DNA of 64,000 bases from Clostridium thermobutyricum (GCA_016842005.1 JAENYD010000001.1:102754-166753); one strand, 5' to 3'. Positions 8,193-18,584 are shown, counted from the stretch's first letter. Notes: a model not told the origin generated them from the letters alone. Numbers and translations are program-made.

Positions 8193-9119
8193 TCAGTCTT
8201 CCGCATCAAACCGGATTCTGGGATCAAGGTATGAATATGTTAAATCGGTCAATAAATTTACAGCAACGAAGGTTATAGCTAAAATGAATACTACCGCCTG
8301 AACAACGGGATAATCCCTCTGTCCTATTGCAGTTATTACCAATCTGCCGATCCCAGGCCATTCAAAAACACTTTCTGTTACCACCGCACCCCCAAGAAGT
8401 TTCCCGAACTGCAGTCCTACCACGGTAACCAGAGGTATAAGACTATTTTTTAACGCATGCTTGAGTACTACTACCTTTTCCTTTGCTCCCTTTGCACGGG
8501 CAGTTCTCACATAATCCTCGGATAATACTTCCAGTAAACCGGATCTTGTGAGACGACTTATCATCGCAAGGTAGAATGACCCCAGTGCAACCATAGGGAG
8601 TACAAGATGCCTGAAAGTACCGCGGCCTGAAGTAGGGAATAATCCCAATTTTACAGAAAACACAATGACAAGCATTATACCCAGCCAAAATGTCGGCATA
8701 GACTGCAATCCCAAGGCTATTCCCATGGAGGTGTAGTCTGCCAGTGTATTTCTTTTAACTGCCGCAATTATCCCCATAGGAACTGCAAAAATAATAGCGA
8801 ACACCATAGCCGACACTGCAAGTTCAAGAGTTGCGGGAAGTCTTTCGATAGCAATTTGAAAGGCGGGTCTCCTGTGAACCATCGAAAGGCCAAAGTCGCA
8901 TTTTACAGCACCTTTTAAAAACCTGGCGTATTGTATATAGATAGGGTCATCGTATCCGAGGGAATGCCGGAATTCAGCAATCTGCGCATCGGTTGCATCG
9001 GGAGGCAGCAGTAATTGTGCTGGGTCTCCTGAAAGATGCATGATAAAGAATGTCACTACAGAGACCCCTAAAACTACAATAACAGCCTGTGGGAGCTTCC
9101 TTAACAAGTATTGTACCAT
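8193..9119 (-). CDS. ABC transporter permease (DppB/OppB type)
   Basis: N-terminal MVQYLLRKLPQAVIVVLGVSVVTFF... plus an EAA-like loop, typical of DppB. Confidence 0.85.
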   Translation of the reverse strand: MVQYLLRKLPQAVIVVLGVSVVTFFIMHLSGDPAQLLLPPDATDAQIAEFRHSLGYDDPIYIQYARFLKGAVKCDFGLSMVHRRPAFQIAIERLPATLELAVSAMVFAIIFAVPMGIIAAVKRNTLADYTSMGIALGLQSMPTFWLGIMLVIVFSVKLGLFPTSGRGTFRHLVLPMVALGSFYLAMISRLTRSGLLEVLSEDYVRTARAKGAKEKVVVLKHALKNSLIPLVTVVGLQFGKLLGGAVVTESVFEWPGIGRLVITAIGQRDYPVVQAVVFILAITFVAVNLLTDLTYSYLDPRIRFDAED

Positions 9120-9202
9120 ACCACCACTCCTATGATTAATAAGGTTTGTGGTTAGGGGCCATATGACCCCTAACCATCATCTTATTCTTTCTGCTGTCCT
9201 TT

Positions 9203-10738
9203 TTACCGTTTTTCCACGTTGTACATGAATACCATGCCATCAACCGGTGCTTCAAAGTTGACATTTGCCCTGTATGCATAGTAGGCTTCCTGATTGTACA
9301 GGTAACCCCATGCTGCATCGTCATAAAGCAATTTGTGTATTTGCTTATAGATATCTTCACGGGAGCTTTGGTCCATTGTAGACCTTCCTTTATCAAGAAG
9401 CTCGTCAACCTTGGTATTCTTATAGTAGTAACCTCTTGCTTCAGAATGGAAAAGCGAATACAGGTATCTGTCCGGCTCTATTTGCGTGTCCCAGGTAAAC
9501 AGATAAGACTGGAACTCCCTGTTTTTGTAGCGTTGAAATTGAGTGGCGGGGTCTGTTATATCAAGTTCCACTTTAATTCCAACCTCTCCCAGCTGGGCAG
9601 CTATAGCCTGGGCAACATCAAGGGTATTGGTTGTTCCTTCAACCCCCTGGGGTGGGGTAGCCAACCTAAGGGTGAAACCGTCTTCACATCCTGCTTCCTT
9701 AAGCAGTTGCTTTGCCTTTTCCGGATCATAGGGATATGGTTTAATGCTATCATCAAATCCCTTTGTGCATCTGAATACAGGACCGGCCATAGGCCTTGCT
9801 GTACCCAGAAGAATATTCTCAACTATAGCGTCTTTATCAATAGCATAGTTAATTGCTTGCCGTACCTTCACGTTGTCCAGGGGCGCATTAAAGGTATCAA
9901 GTCCCATATAAAGCATCACACCTGTCTTGGCTGAGGTCTTGATATCCGGATTATCCTGCAATTCTTTCAGCCTATTTGGAGGTACCGATGTTATAATATC
10001 GACTTCCCCTGTAGTCAGGGATGCTACACGGGTTGAAGCTTCAGAAATAGGCCTGAAAATAATCTTATCGACTTTCGGTGCTCCCTTCCAGTAGCCTTTA
10101 TTCGCTTTTAGGACGACCTTTTCTCCGGGTACGAATTCCTCAAAGATGAAAGGCCCGGAACCTATGGGATTTTGTCCAAACTCAATATTCCCCATTTCCT
10201 CAACAGCCTTTGGAGGTACAATAAACATTAGTGTCATTATATTAAGAAGTGCTGCATAGGGCTGCTTTGTTTTAATGATTACCGTTTTTGCATCGGGTGC
10301 CTGAACATCTTCGACCAGGCTGAGCCTCCAGGCCTGGGGAGATTTTACCTCAGGGTCCATTATCCTGTCCAGGGAATACTTAACCGCATTGGCATCAACG
10401 GGTTCACCGTTGGTGAATGTAATGCCTTCTCTCAAATGAAATATCCATGTGTTCTTATCCGGGTTCTCCCATGACTCTGCAAGCCATGGTTCGTATTCGT
10501 AATTCTGATTTATCCTTATCAGTGTATCGAAAATGTTATTCGATATGTTTTGAGTCTCGGTCTGAGATGCAAGGGCATAATCAAGGGCTGTGACATCCCT
10601 TGTCTGTGCTATGACAACGACAATCTCTTCGGCTCCACCGCTGCCAGCATTATCATTTTCTGCACTGTTGGAACACGAAGTGAGTAAAGGTACAATACAT
10701 AATGTTAGTACCAGCACTCCAAACAACATTTTTCTCAT
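9203..10738 (-). CDS. ABC transporter substrate-binding lipoprotein, family 5 (DppA/OppA/NikA-like)
   Basis: Lipoprotein signal sequence (LLTSCSNS) and a 511-aa cluster-C solute-binding protein fold. Confidence 0.8.
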   Translation of the reverse strand: MRKMLFGVLVLTLCIVPLLTSCSNSAENDNAGSGGAEEIVVVIAQTRDVTALDYALASQTETQNISNNIFDTLIRINQNYEYEPWLAESWENPDKNTWIFHLREGITFTNGEPVDANAVKYSLDRIMDPEVKSPQAWRLSLVEDVQAPDAKTVIIKTKQPYAALLNIMTLMFIVPPKAVEEMGNIEFGQNPIGSGPFIFEEFVPGEKVVLKANKGYWKGAPKVDKIIFRPISEASTRVASLTTGEVDIITSVPPNRLKELQDNPDIKTSAKTGVMLYMGLDTFNAPLDNVKVRQAINYAIDKDAIVENILLGTARPMAGPVFRCTKGFDDSIKPYPYDPEKAKQLLKEAGCEDGFTLRLATPPQGVEGTTNTLDVAQAIAAQLGEVGIKVELDITDPATQFQRYKNREFQSYLFTWDTQIEPDRYLYSLFHSEARGYYYKNTKVDELLDKGRSTMDQSSREDIYKQIHKLLYDDAAWGYLYNQEAYYAYRANVNFEAPVDGMVFMYNVEKR

Positions 10739-10758
10739 TTTCTACTCCTCCTTGTAAT

Positions 10759-11661
10759 TTATTCCACCTCTGACACCGACAATTTGGGGTCATATGCGTC
10801 TCTCAATCCATCACCGAAAAGGTTTACCCCCAGCACTGTGAGCATAATTGCAATACCGGGGAAAGTTGCTACCCACCATCCATCATAAATATACTGCCTC
10901 CCCTCGCTGAGCATACCACCCCATGTAGGATGTGGCGGGGGAACACCCAGGCCGAGAAAGCTCAGGGAGGATTCTGATATGATTATTCCAGCCAGAGACA
11001 GGGTTGCTATTACTATGATGGATGCAAATATGTTCGGGAAAATGTGGAAGACCATGATACGAAAATCACTGCAACCTATAGCTCTTGCCGCTTCTATGTA
11101 TTCCTTCTCTTTAACCGACAGAACGGCTCCACGGGTGACCCTGGCATAAACCACCCAGTTGGCGATGCCAAAAACTATGATTAGATTTATTGTGCTGGTA
11201 CCCAAAACCGCAATTACTGCAATTGAAAGTAGTATAAGCGGGAATGCCAGCTGGATGTCCCCCAGTCTGCTGATTACGGAATCCAGTAAACCTCCGTGAT
11301 ACCCGGCAACTAGGCCTAACGCTACTCCTAGAACGCTTGAGATAATGGTAGAAGAGAAACTAACTAACAAAGACTTTCTTGAACCGAAAATTACCCTGCT
11401 AAACACATCTCTCCCCAAACTATCAGTACCCAGCGGATATTTTAAACTCCCACCCTTGAGCCAGAATGGGGGTTTAAGCCTTTGCTCGAGGTTAACCTCT
11501 TCAGGGTCATGGGGAGTAATATATGGAGCAAACAATGCTGTTAAGATTACGAAAATAACTATTATTAAACCTAACACCGCTGTTTTTCTCTTCAATAACC
11601 TTTTCAAACAGTCACCTCCAGCAAGAATATATTTAGAGGGGTACTTAACGCAGCATCGCAT
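10759..11661 (-). CDS. ABC transporter permease (DppC/OppC type). The start is probably an internal alternative codon.
   Basis: Conserved DppC N-terminal domain and EAA motif region (YIEAARAIGCSDFRIMVFHIFPN). Confidence 0.8.
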   Translation of the reverse strand: MRCCVKYPSKYILAGGDCLKRLLKRKTAVLGLIIVIFVILTALFAPYITPHDPEEVNLEQRLKPPFWLKGGSLKYPLGTDSLGRDVFSRVIFGSRKSLLVSFSSTIISSVLGVALGLVAGYHGGLLDSVISRLGDIQLAFPLILLSIAVIAVLGTSTINLIIVFGIANWVVYARVTRGAVLSVKEKEYIEAARAIGCSDFRIMVFHIFPNIFASIIVIATLSLAGIIISESSLSFLGLGVPPPHPTWGGMLSEGRQYIYDGWWVATFPGIAIMLTVLGVNLFGDGLRDAYDPKLSVSEVE

Positions 11662-11736
11662 CAGGTCATAATATGAACACCACCTTTAGATAATCTATTA
11701 CTGTTTAATAGCCTTCGCTGATTACCTCTCAGAAAA

Positions 11737-12855
11737 TTAAAAACCATCTTCAAAGAACCTAATTGTAGACCTGTAGAGGGCCCTTTCATAAGGGTTATCG
11801 CTGTCTATGGAAAGGTTATATCCTTTGTTTACTAAAATGCTTATAAGTGGTATCAACTGGTCTTCGTATATGCGCATAGCCCTTTCAGGGAACACCCCTG
11901 GCCACCCGTTGCAGCTAACTACCACCCTCCTGTGAATAGTGCTGATACCGGGCGGAATATCATTATACTCGGGTGCATCAGTTTCAAAAACATACTTGTC
12001 AAGGGTCCCGTAAGGGATTCCCTCTATCGCCTTGACTTGTACCGGGTCCTTTGATGCATCATACGGGTCGGCAGTCAAATCAAGGATTATTGTGTCTTTC
12101 TTGAAGTATTCTATCAAATCATTGGTTATTATGTATTTTGTAAAATCCACTCGTTTGGTAGCATCAATTAACAGGTCAGTGACAGCAAATATTTTTTTTA
12201 ACTCTTCCTTTAGATGTGTGGTATCCTTTTCCAGATAGGTCAGTATCATTCCCGGTATTTTCTTAGAGACACCCTTATTGTTAATCTTTTCCTCCATATA
12301 TTTAAAACAGGCATATCCCGCATTAATACCCAGGTTTCCCATACCCAGGACCGTAATGTAGTAGGGAGGCCTATCTTCAGAATAAAAGTCGTTTCTTCTT
12401 TTTTCCATTTCATCAACTGCGGTGCATACACCAGCCCATGCAGTTTGTTCATAAGTTACCACCATTCTTTGATTAGCATCGTTCACAATGGAATCTAGAG
12501 AAAATGAGTTCACCTTTTTTTTCTTGAGCGCTTCTCTCAACTCCGGTTTGGAATCGTAATGCAACATGGAAAGAAGGCCGGCGTTCTCTTTCATATTGTT
12601 TATCTCATCATAATTTGGTGCTCTTAATACAATAATCAGGTCCTGCTGGAACACCTCTTTATTGTTTACAAACCGGACTCTTCTGTTTACTTTTTTATAA
12701 TCCTCTTTTGTGAAACCCATTTTGTTCCCGTACCCTTCCTCCATATACACGTCAACATCATATTTATTGAGCTTTTCTATGAAACTGGGAAGAAAGGCTC
12801 TTCTTTCTCCGGCTTCTTTATGCATTACCGGAAGACCAATAGTTTTGATTTTCAT
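11737..12855 (-). CDS. AlaDH/PNT-family NAD(P)-dependent oxidoreductase, N5-(carboxyethyl)ornithine synthase (CEOS)-like opine-type enzyme
   Basis: N-terminal MKIKTIGLPVMHKEAGERRAFLPSFIEKL...DVYMEEGYG and Rossmann motif VLGMGNLGINAGY match the AlaDH/PNT architecture. It is the first gene of the Dpp-family operon. Confidence 0.5.
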   Translation of the reverse strand: MKIKTIGLPVMHKEAGERRAFLPSFIEKLNKYDVDVYMEEGYGNKMGFTKEDYKKVNRRVRFVNNKEVFQQDLIIVLRAPNYDEINNMKENAGLLSMLHYDSKPELREALKKKKVNSFSLDSIVNDANQRMVVTYEQTAWAGVCTAVDEMEKRRNDFYSEDRPPYYITVLGMGNLGINAGYACFKYMEEKINNKGVSKKIPGMILTYLEKDTTHLKEELKKIFAVTDLLIDATKRVDFTKYIITNDLIEYFKKDTIILDLTADPYDASKDPVQVKAIEGIPYGTLDKYVFETDAPEYNDIPPGISTIHRRVVVSCNGWPGVFPERAMRIYEDQLIPLISILVNKGYNLSIDSDNPYERALYRSTIRFFEDGF

Positions 12856-13050
12856 TAGACAATGTGCCTCCTTCTAATTCATCCATATACGCATGCATAA
12901 TAGTATTCATGATTGCATGCAATTTTGTATTTGGCGTAGTATTCTATTTTTATCCTGTGATTCCTTCTTTTTTTTTTATTTAGCGTTAAATTTTTTGGTT
13001 TAAAATAAATCCTGTAAAATACCTTGCCAAATTGCAGGTAAGAAAATAGA

Positions 13051-13113
13051 AAAAAAAAACGATACATCCTTTATCCTGGAATGTACCAACAAACCAAATA
13101 AATAGGATGTATC
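13051..13113 (-). terminator. Rho-independent terminator-like hairpin followed by a 10-nt U tract on the - strand
   Basis: GATACATCCT...AGGATGTATC inverted repeat at 13061-13070 / 13104-13113, with the A10 run at 13051-13060 giving U10 on the - strand. It lies 300 nt downstream of the LysE-family gene inside a 560-nt AT-rich spacer. Confidence 0.4.
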
Positions 13114-13417
13114 GGCCTATTAAGCCCCTACCAGAATTGAACATTGAAAACCTTAATAAAATATAATTCCTCAAGGGGTAGTTAAATTGCAAAACGGAAC
13201 AGAAAACTGCTTACTGATGAAAATAAACCGGGTATCCCCTCTGATAACGGCCCGCAGTTCACATCCCGGATATTCCAAAATCCCTGCAGCGGCCTGGGAA
13301 TGGAGCATGAGAGAATACCATGCAGAGTTCTACAATTCTATGAGGATTTGATGCTTATTGTCCAGATTTAGAAGGTTCATTCGAATACTGAATGACCCCT
13401 GGTATATGTGAATCTCC

Positions 13418-14023
13418 TTATTTCTGAAGGAGGTGTGTAATCCCGCATATGGATATGGCACTGTAGATCAACAACAACCCCATGGCGATGTTAAATGCCT
13501 TTCTGTATTTTGACAGGAACCTTTGAAACACTGCACCGAATAAAGCCCAGCAAGAAGTGGCTATAAGTGCCACCAAAGCCAGCAACACAGAAAACATTAT
13601 TAAAGCTGCATTTGTCTTATAATATGGAATGATGAAATTGGATACAACTGTTATACCATATAATATCACTTTGGGATTGGCAAATTGAAGCGTCATGCCT
13701 GTAAAAAACGAGTTTAAAGCCATATTTCCGTCCCCGTGCCCCGGCTTATCGCTTTTCATAATTCTTACTGCCAGGTATGTCATGTATACTGCCCCCACAA
13801 TTCCCATGAAGAACTTAACCCGGGGAATAATATTAAAAAGTAATAGGTTAAAGTAGCTGCACAGCACCATAATAACGACGAAACCTGTGAATATGCCCAG
13901 TAAGAATTTGAATGTCTTCCTGAATCCAAACTTACCGGCATTGACCATGGACATAATATTGTTCGGTCCCGGTGTAAAGGTTACAACCAATACATAAGAT
14001 AAAAAAGGAACAAGTTCAAGCAT
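13418..14023 (-). CDS. LysE/RhtB-family amino-acid exporter
   Basis: 201 aa, 6 TM, N-terminal MLELVPFLSYVLVVTFTPGPNN consensus of LysE-type translocators. Confidence 0.75.
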   Translation of the reverse strand: MLELVPFLSYVLVVTFTPGPNNIMSMVNAGKFGFRKTFKFLLGIFTGFVVIMVLCSYFNLLLFNIIPRVKFFMGIVGAVYMTYLAVRIMKSDKPGHGDGNMALNSFFTGMTLQFANPKVILYGITVVSNFIIPYYKTNAALIMFSVLLALVALIATSCWALFGAVFQRFLSKYRKAFNIAMGLLLIYSAISICGITHLLQK

Positions 14024-14186
14024 ATCTATACCTCCATCATATCTGTATGTTATAATACACAGGAAGTGCGTTAAAATATGTGTATGTTTTTATTATACAT
14101 CATAATGTATTGCGAGACTTAGTATGGTAATATATTATCCTGAATAACTGCCGGAAGCCGGCCGCTGAAAACATGCTAATTTTCAA

Positions 14187-14456
14187 GTGATCGGGAGAGG
14201 GGTTATATCATTGTATTACGTATATATACTGGAATGTAGAGACGGGACTTTGTATACCGGGTGGACCACTGATATTGACAAGAGGATAGCAAAGCATAAC
14301 CGGGGTAAAGGTGGCAAATATACCCGTTCAAGATATCCGGTATCATTAAAGTATTCTGAAAAATTCATGACAAGAAAAGAAGCCCTGCAGAGGGAATATG
14401 TTATTAAGCAACTGTCAAGGGAAGAAAAGGTTAAACTGATAACCGGGCAATTTTAG
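14187..14456 (+). CDS. GIY-YIG nuclease-domain protein (UPF0213 family)
   Basis: YYVYILECRDGTLYTGWTTDIDKRIAKHN...GKGGKYTR is the canonical GIY-YIG motif. Confidence 0.7.
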   Translation: MIGRGVISLYYVYILECRDGTLYTGWTTDIDKRIAKHNRGKGGKYTRSRYPVSLKYSEKFMTRKEALQREYVIKQLSREEKVKLITGQF

Positions 14457-14617
14457 TATTAGTATCTTACAAGTAAAATTTTGCGCAAATATGGCAAGAA
14501 ATTTTTGTGCAAACCTTTAGACCAGCTTATAGCAGGGATTTCAGAGGATGAAAAAATTTTTCAACTTTTTGGTCCCGGCTTGTCCGGGTTAGGAAGGGAC
14601 AAAAAATAACACGGGGG

Positions 14618-14830
14618 TTATGCCTTTCCCCCATGCTTTTCAATAAATTTTATGTACTCGCATATCAGTTCATCCAGTTTTTCGCTCAGCTCGAGAATCT
14701 TCTCCCCTTTCAGGCCGTTATGTGTCTTCTTTATTTCCTGAGTAAGTTCGGTTTTCAGACTTCTGATCCTTTCAGCCAGGTCATTTCCCCTGTTATCTTT
14801 ACCAACCATCAATAATATGCCTCCTAGCAT
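14618..14830 (-). CDS. Spo0E-like sporulation regulatory protein (aspartyl-phosphate phosphatase family)
   Basis: IRSLKTEL...LSEKLDELICEY is the Spo0E-family signature (SQELDxLI-type). Confidence 0.6.
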   Translation of the reverse strand: MLGGILLMVGKDNRGNDLAERIRSLKTELTQEIKKTHNGLKGEKILELSEKLDELICEYIKFIEKHGGKA

Positions 14831-14835
14831 TTCTG

Positions 14836-15051
14836 TTACCGTATCTTCACCGTTTCCAAAAGCAGCTCATATATCTCGACCAGTTCTGTAGCCGCTTTAA
14901 TCACTCGTTCTCCGTAATGGTATGTCAAATCCCCATAATCCGCTTTTCCCCTAACAAGGACCTCTTTTAAAACCGGATCCCTGTCAATCCTCTCTCCTAT
15001 TCTGCTGAGAACGCCCCTTGCTTCCTTTAGCGGTTCGCTCCCATATGACAT
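14836..15051 (-). CDS. Hypothetical small protein (71 aa)
   Basis: ORF only. It is charged and helical with no motif I recognise, and is co-oriented with the Spo0E-like gene. Confidence 0.3.
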   Translation of the reverse strand: MSYGSEPLKEARGVLSRIGERIDRDPVLKEVLVRGKADYGDLTYHYGERVIKAATELVEIYELLLETVKIR

Positions 15052-15333
15052 TCCCCCTTAAAGGATTTAAGCAAACTTAGATAATATTTGACTTCCAAAG
15101 GGGAAATCCTTCTTTTTGGTAAAAAAATTTCACCGCAAATTTAGGCATAACTGGCTGATATTATTGCATATTATACATAATTATACCATATTCTATAATT
15201 TTCGCATCTTTGGAAGCCGATAATACGGACTGTGCCGATTTTTGCAAACTGTCACTAAAATGGAAAACCCATAGAAGATGCATGATTCAGCCCTGATCTC
15301 CCTGTGGTTATATTCCGGACCTGTTTCTGCCAC

Positions 15334-16836
15334 CTATCTGCAGGGAAGATGAATACTAACCCTGGTACCCTCATTCACATTGCTTCTTATCTCAATCTTA
15401 CCCTTATGGCTGTCAATAATCCATTTCGCTATGGATAATCCCAGACCGTGACCTCCGGTTACCTTTGACCTTGACTTGTCCGAGCGGTAAAACCTGTCAA
15501 AGACATGGGGGATGTCTTCTGCCGGAATGCCAATACCCGTATCTTCAATGACCACAACCAGGTGATTTTTATGGGTATACAGCCCAATCTTTATTTTCCC
15601 CCCTGGCGGAGTAAATTTTATACTGTTGTCTACAAACACCCTGATTGCCTGTTTCAGTGCTTTGCGGTCTGCATAAATCCGGACGTCTCCGCCTGCTTCA
15701 GATATTATCTCATGGTCAGCATCTATAAGCTTTGTTTCCCTTACAACTTCGTCAATAAGTTCATTCATGATGAAATCTTCTTTTTGGAGTCTGTGCAGGT
15801 CCTTATCTGCCCTTGCCAGGAACAGCAGTTTTTCTGTCAGGTCCTTCATGTTCTCGGATTCACTTTTTACCGCACTGATGGACTCTTCCAGCACATTTCT
15901 GTCATCTTTCCCCCAGCGGTCCAGGAGGCTGGCATACCCTTGAATTACCGAGATGGGCGTCCTCAGTTCGTGAGAGGCATCCGATACAAACTGGTTCTGA
16001 CGCTCATAAGAATTCTGTATCCGGTCAATCATCTGGTTGAAAGTCTGAGCCAGTTCTTTCAGCTCATCCTTGGAGCCCCTTACATCAAGGCGTTTGTCTA
16101 GATTGTTAATGGTAATGGATTTGACTGTCTCAGTCATTGTTTCTATAGGCTTCAGCATTTTTCTGCTGACTCTGGAACCCACCAGGACGGATGTTAAGAC
16201 ACTAATGCTGTTTGCTGCCATCAGGACAATAAACAGCATTCTTATATACATGTTTTCGGTTTCCACTCCTTTTGTGATCTGAATGTACAATGGCCGGGCA
16301 TCTTTATTCACAGAAGTATTGAAGACCATTACCTGCCTGCCATCAATATCCCTTAAGACCGGAAGGTCGGGAAAATACTGAAACCTGTTTATCTCGTCAT
16401 TATCTGAAGATGCATATAAAACCTTTTTCCCTTCATCAAATACTGTTATATGATATTCCTCCCGCTGGGCCACCATGGTCAATTGCTCCTCGGGAAGCGC
16501 TGACGACCGGTTTATGATATACCCGATATCCTGGCTGTTCCCCCTGAGCTCTCGCCGTACCTGGTCGAATGCATAAAACCTGAATCCTACCAGGATGACA
16601 GCACTTGAAAAAAGAAGCAGCAGCGAAAACAGAAAAGCATACACCGTTGTAATTTTAAAGGTGATTGAGAACCGAAAAAGTTCTTTGATCTTCTCTACTG
16701 CAAGACCCAACAGGGGGATTGCCCTGAAAGCGGTCCTGAAGATGAGAAAAAGCCCCTTAAAACAGAGCCCCAAAAAAAACAGCAGTATCCTGAAAATCTG
16801 TTTTAATGCACTGTCCGGCTTCCTGTTATTTTTCAT
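15334..16836 (-). CDS. Sensor histidine kinase (2 TM, HAMP, HisKA, HATPase_c)
   Basis: H-box SHELRTPISVIQGYASLL; N, G1 and G2 boxes (DTGIGIPAED...GGHGLGLSI). Confidence 0.85.
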   Translation of the reverse strand: MKNNRKPDSALKQIFRILLFFLGLCFKGLFLIFRTAFRAIPLLGLAVEKIKELFRFSITFKITTVYAFLFSLLLLFSSAVILVGFRFYAFDQVRRELRGNSQDIGYIINRSSALPEEQLTMVAQREEYHITVFDEGKKVLYASSDNDEINRFQYFPDLPVLRDIDGRQVMVFNTSVNKDARPLYIQITKGVETENMYIRMLFIVLMAANSISVLTSVLVGSRVSRKMLKPIETMTETVKSITINNLDKRLDVRGSKDELKELAQTFNQMIDRIQNSYERQNQFVSDASHELRTPISVIQGYASLLDRWGKDDRNVLEESISAVKSESENMKDLTEKLLFLARADKDLHRLQKEDFIMNELIDEVVRETKLIDADHEIISEAGGDVRIYADRKALKQAIRVFVDNSIKFTPPGGKIKIGLYTHKNHLVVVIEDTGIGIPAEDIPHVFDRFYRSDKSRSKVTGGHGLGLSIAKWIIDSHKGKIEIRSNVNEGTRVSIHLPCR

Positions 16837-17551
16837 GTTTTAAGAGATATCCCACCCCTCTGACCGTATAGATGAACTTATCATCAAACCTGTCGTCAAT
16901 CTTGCTTCGCAGGTATCTTATATACACATCCACAACGTTTGTATCGCCAATGTAATCGTATCCCCAGACTTCTTCCATTATCCTGTCCCTTGGCAGCACA
17001 ATATTCTGATTCTCCATAAGGTATTTCAGCAAATCGAATTCTTTTTTGGTTAATTCGATAATACTCCCTTTGTATATTACCTGGTACCTGTCCGGGTCCA
17101 TCTCCAGGGGGCCGGCTGCCAGGCCGGTGCTTTGGACATCAAGATTTTCCGTTCGCCTCAGGACTGTACGTATCCTGGCCAGCAGTTCCTCAATTGCAAA
17201 AGGTTTTGTTATATAATCGTCCGCTCCGATATCAAGACCCATAACCTTGTCCATGGTCTCATCCCTGGCAGTAAGCATTATCACCGGTACATCCGAAGCC
17301 TGTCTGATACGTCTGCAGACCTCCATCCCATTCAACCCCGGCAGCATGATATCCAGCACCACCAGGGATACATCCCCGCTCAACGCCTTTTCAAGCCCTG
17401 TCCTCCCGTCATGTGCCCGGTCGACAGTATATCCTTCATGCCGCAGTTCCAGTTCAAGAAACCGGGCGATCTTCACTTCGTCTTCCACTACCAGAATTTT
17501 GGTCTGTGCCAAGTCCATCACTCCCAAAGACCTTATTGAACCTTCTTTCAT
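16826..17551 (-). CDS. OmpR-family response regulator
   Basis: REC domain (KILVVEDE...VLDIMLPG...) plus a winged-helix C-terminus (YIRYLRSKID...YTVRGVGY). Probable true start at MDLAQTK (17518). Confidence 0.85.
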   Translation of the reverse strand: MKEGSIRSLGVMDLAQTKILVVEDEVKIARFLELELRHEGYTVDRAHDGRTGLEKALSGDVSLVVLDIMLPGLNGMEVCRRIRQASDVPVIMLTARDETMDKVMGLDIGADDYITKPFAIEELLARIRTVLRRTENLDVQSTGLAAGPLEMDPDRYQVIYKGSIIELTKKEFDLLKYLMENQNIVLPRDRIMEEVWGYDYIGDTNVVDVYIRYLRSKIDDRFDDKFIYTVRGVGYLLKHEK

Positions 17552-17614
17552 TTTACTATATTACTTCCATTTTTGCATTCATCAGAATAATTTGAACGAC
17601 CATATATCCAGACA

Positions 17615-17643
17615 AATTGCCTGCACATAAGATGCAGGCAATT
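17615..17643 (-). terminator. 10-bp stem hairpin (ATTGCCTGCA/TGCAGGCAAT), candidate terminator of the DUF4342 gene
   Basis: Perfect 10-bp stem with a 7-nt loop. On the - strand it is followed by UUUGUCUGGAUAUAU. Confidence 0.35.
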
Positions 17644-17759
17644 TGGCGCAAAAGGCAAACAGGTTTTGAAAATATCGGGGACATTCCTGACCGCTGTCAG
17701 AAATGTGGAGGCTTCAGCAGATGTGTCCCCTGGCCGCTGAAGCGGATAGCAGTTTCACT

Positions 17760-18236
17760 CTACCCTTGATCGGTGGGGTCACTGCTGTTGTCCGAACATA
17801 TCCTGTCTGTGAATGAATTTACAGCAGTGGACATTTTATCAAATACTTTATTTATCTCGGTATCTTCCCCATCCTCTTTCTCGATTTTTATTTTGTGCTT
17901 TGTCAGTAATGCGGCAGGTATCCCGATAATGACCACCGGGGTTGCAAAAATGGTAACTATCACTGCAACGGTAAGGGGCAGGTTTACCAGGTCACTGTTC
18001 TTTCCCCTGATAACCAGCTTTGTCCTGTTCCCTTTATGGATAATTTCTTTAACCCCATTCATAAATTTGCTGCAGTCCTTTGGTTTTTTCCCTGGTTTTG
18101 TCCTGTTCTCTTTCTCCAGTAGCACCAGTGTCTCAACAATATCGCCGTTGCACTTCTCCAGGGCCGCCTTTGCCTCTTCATAGCCCACATTTGCCCTTTG
18201 CCTGATCAGGTCAATCTGTTCCAGATTACCGGTCAT
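17760..18236 (-). CDS. DUF4342-type protein with an N-terminal UBA/TS-N-like domain
   Basis: IDLIRQRANVGYEEAKAALEKCNGDIVETLVLL resembles the EF-Ts N-terminal/UBA fold. A hydrophobic helix sits mid-protein. Confidence 0.5.
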   Translation of the reverse strand: MTGNLEQIDLIRQRANVGYEEAKAALEKCNGDIVETLVLLEKENRTKPGKKPKDCSKFMNGVKEIIHKGNRTKLVIRGKNSDLVNLPLTVAVIVTIFATPVVIIGIPAALLTKHKIKIEKEDGEDTEINKVFDKMSTAVNSFTDRICSDNSSDPTDQG

Positions 18237-18584
18237 GTTAAATTCCTCCCCAAAATATGTAAATTATATTTGCCTGAAATGAACGCCACTGACAGTGGCT
18301 TTCCATATCTGCTGATACTATCATATAGGACCATTATTAAAGGATGTTTAGGACAACATTAGAATCTGATTAGAAAATATGCAGTTGGTATACGAAAAGG
18401 GCCTTACATTTATAGGCGCACAGAAACTGCATCGTCATCAGTATTAACAGGAAATATCCGTGATGCTGCGAAGCATAATGTATAAAGGGCTGAAAAGACC
18501 TTTCTTTTTGTGTTAAAATAGACTTATTAACCGGATAATATTTAACAACAGGCTATTCATAGTTGTTTTGAAAGGGATGTTGAT

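Noticed and set aside
13330-13350. ATGCTTATTGTCCAG (MLIVQ) in the AT-rich spacer, which resembles the N-terminus of the TctA-like ORF (MLIVQM)
   Set aside because: It is only 5 codons followed by a stop. The TctA N-terminus itself uses a GTG and may not even be the true start, so this is coincidence.
12856-13417. AT-rich 560-nt spacer with 62-68-aa ORFs (12879-13067, 12986-13192), examined for a hidden gene or CRISPR array
   Set aside because: The ORFs are poly-Phe/Lys/Tyr low-complexity translations of AT-rich DNA. I found no repeat-spacer periodicity, only a terminator-like hairpin.
18284-18298. Perfect palindrome GCCACTGaCAGTGGC between the divergent DUF4342 and topB genes
   Set aside because: It is a single short palindrome and too small to interpret. 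It may be a regulator site, but no cognate regulator is adjacent.
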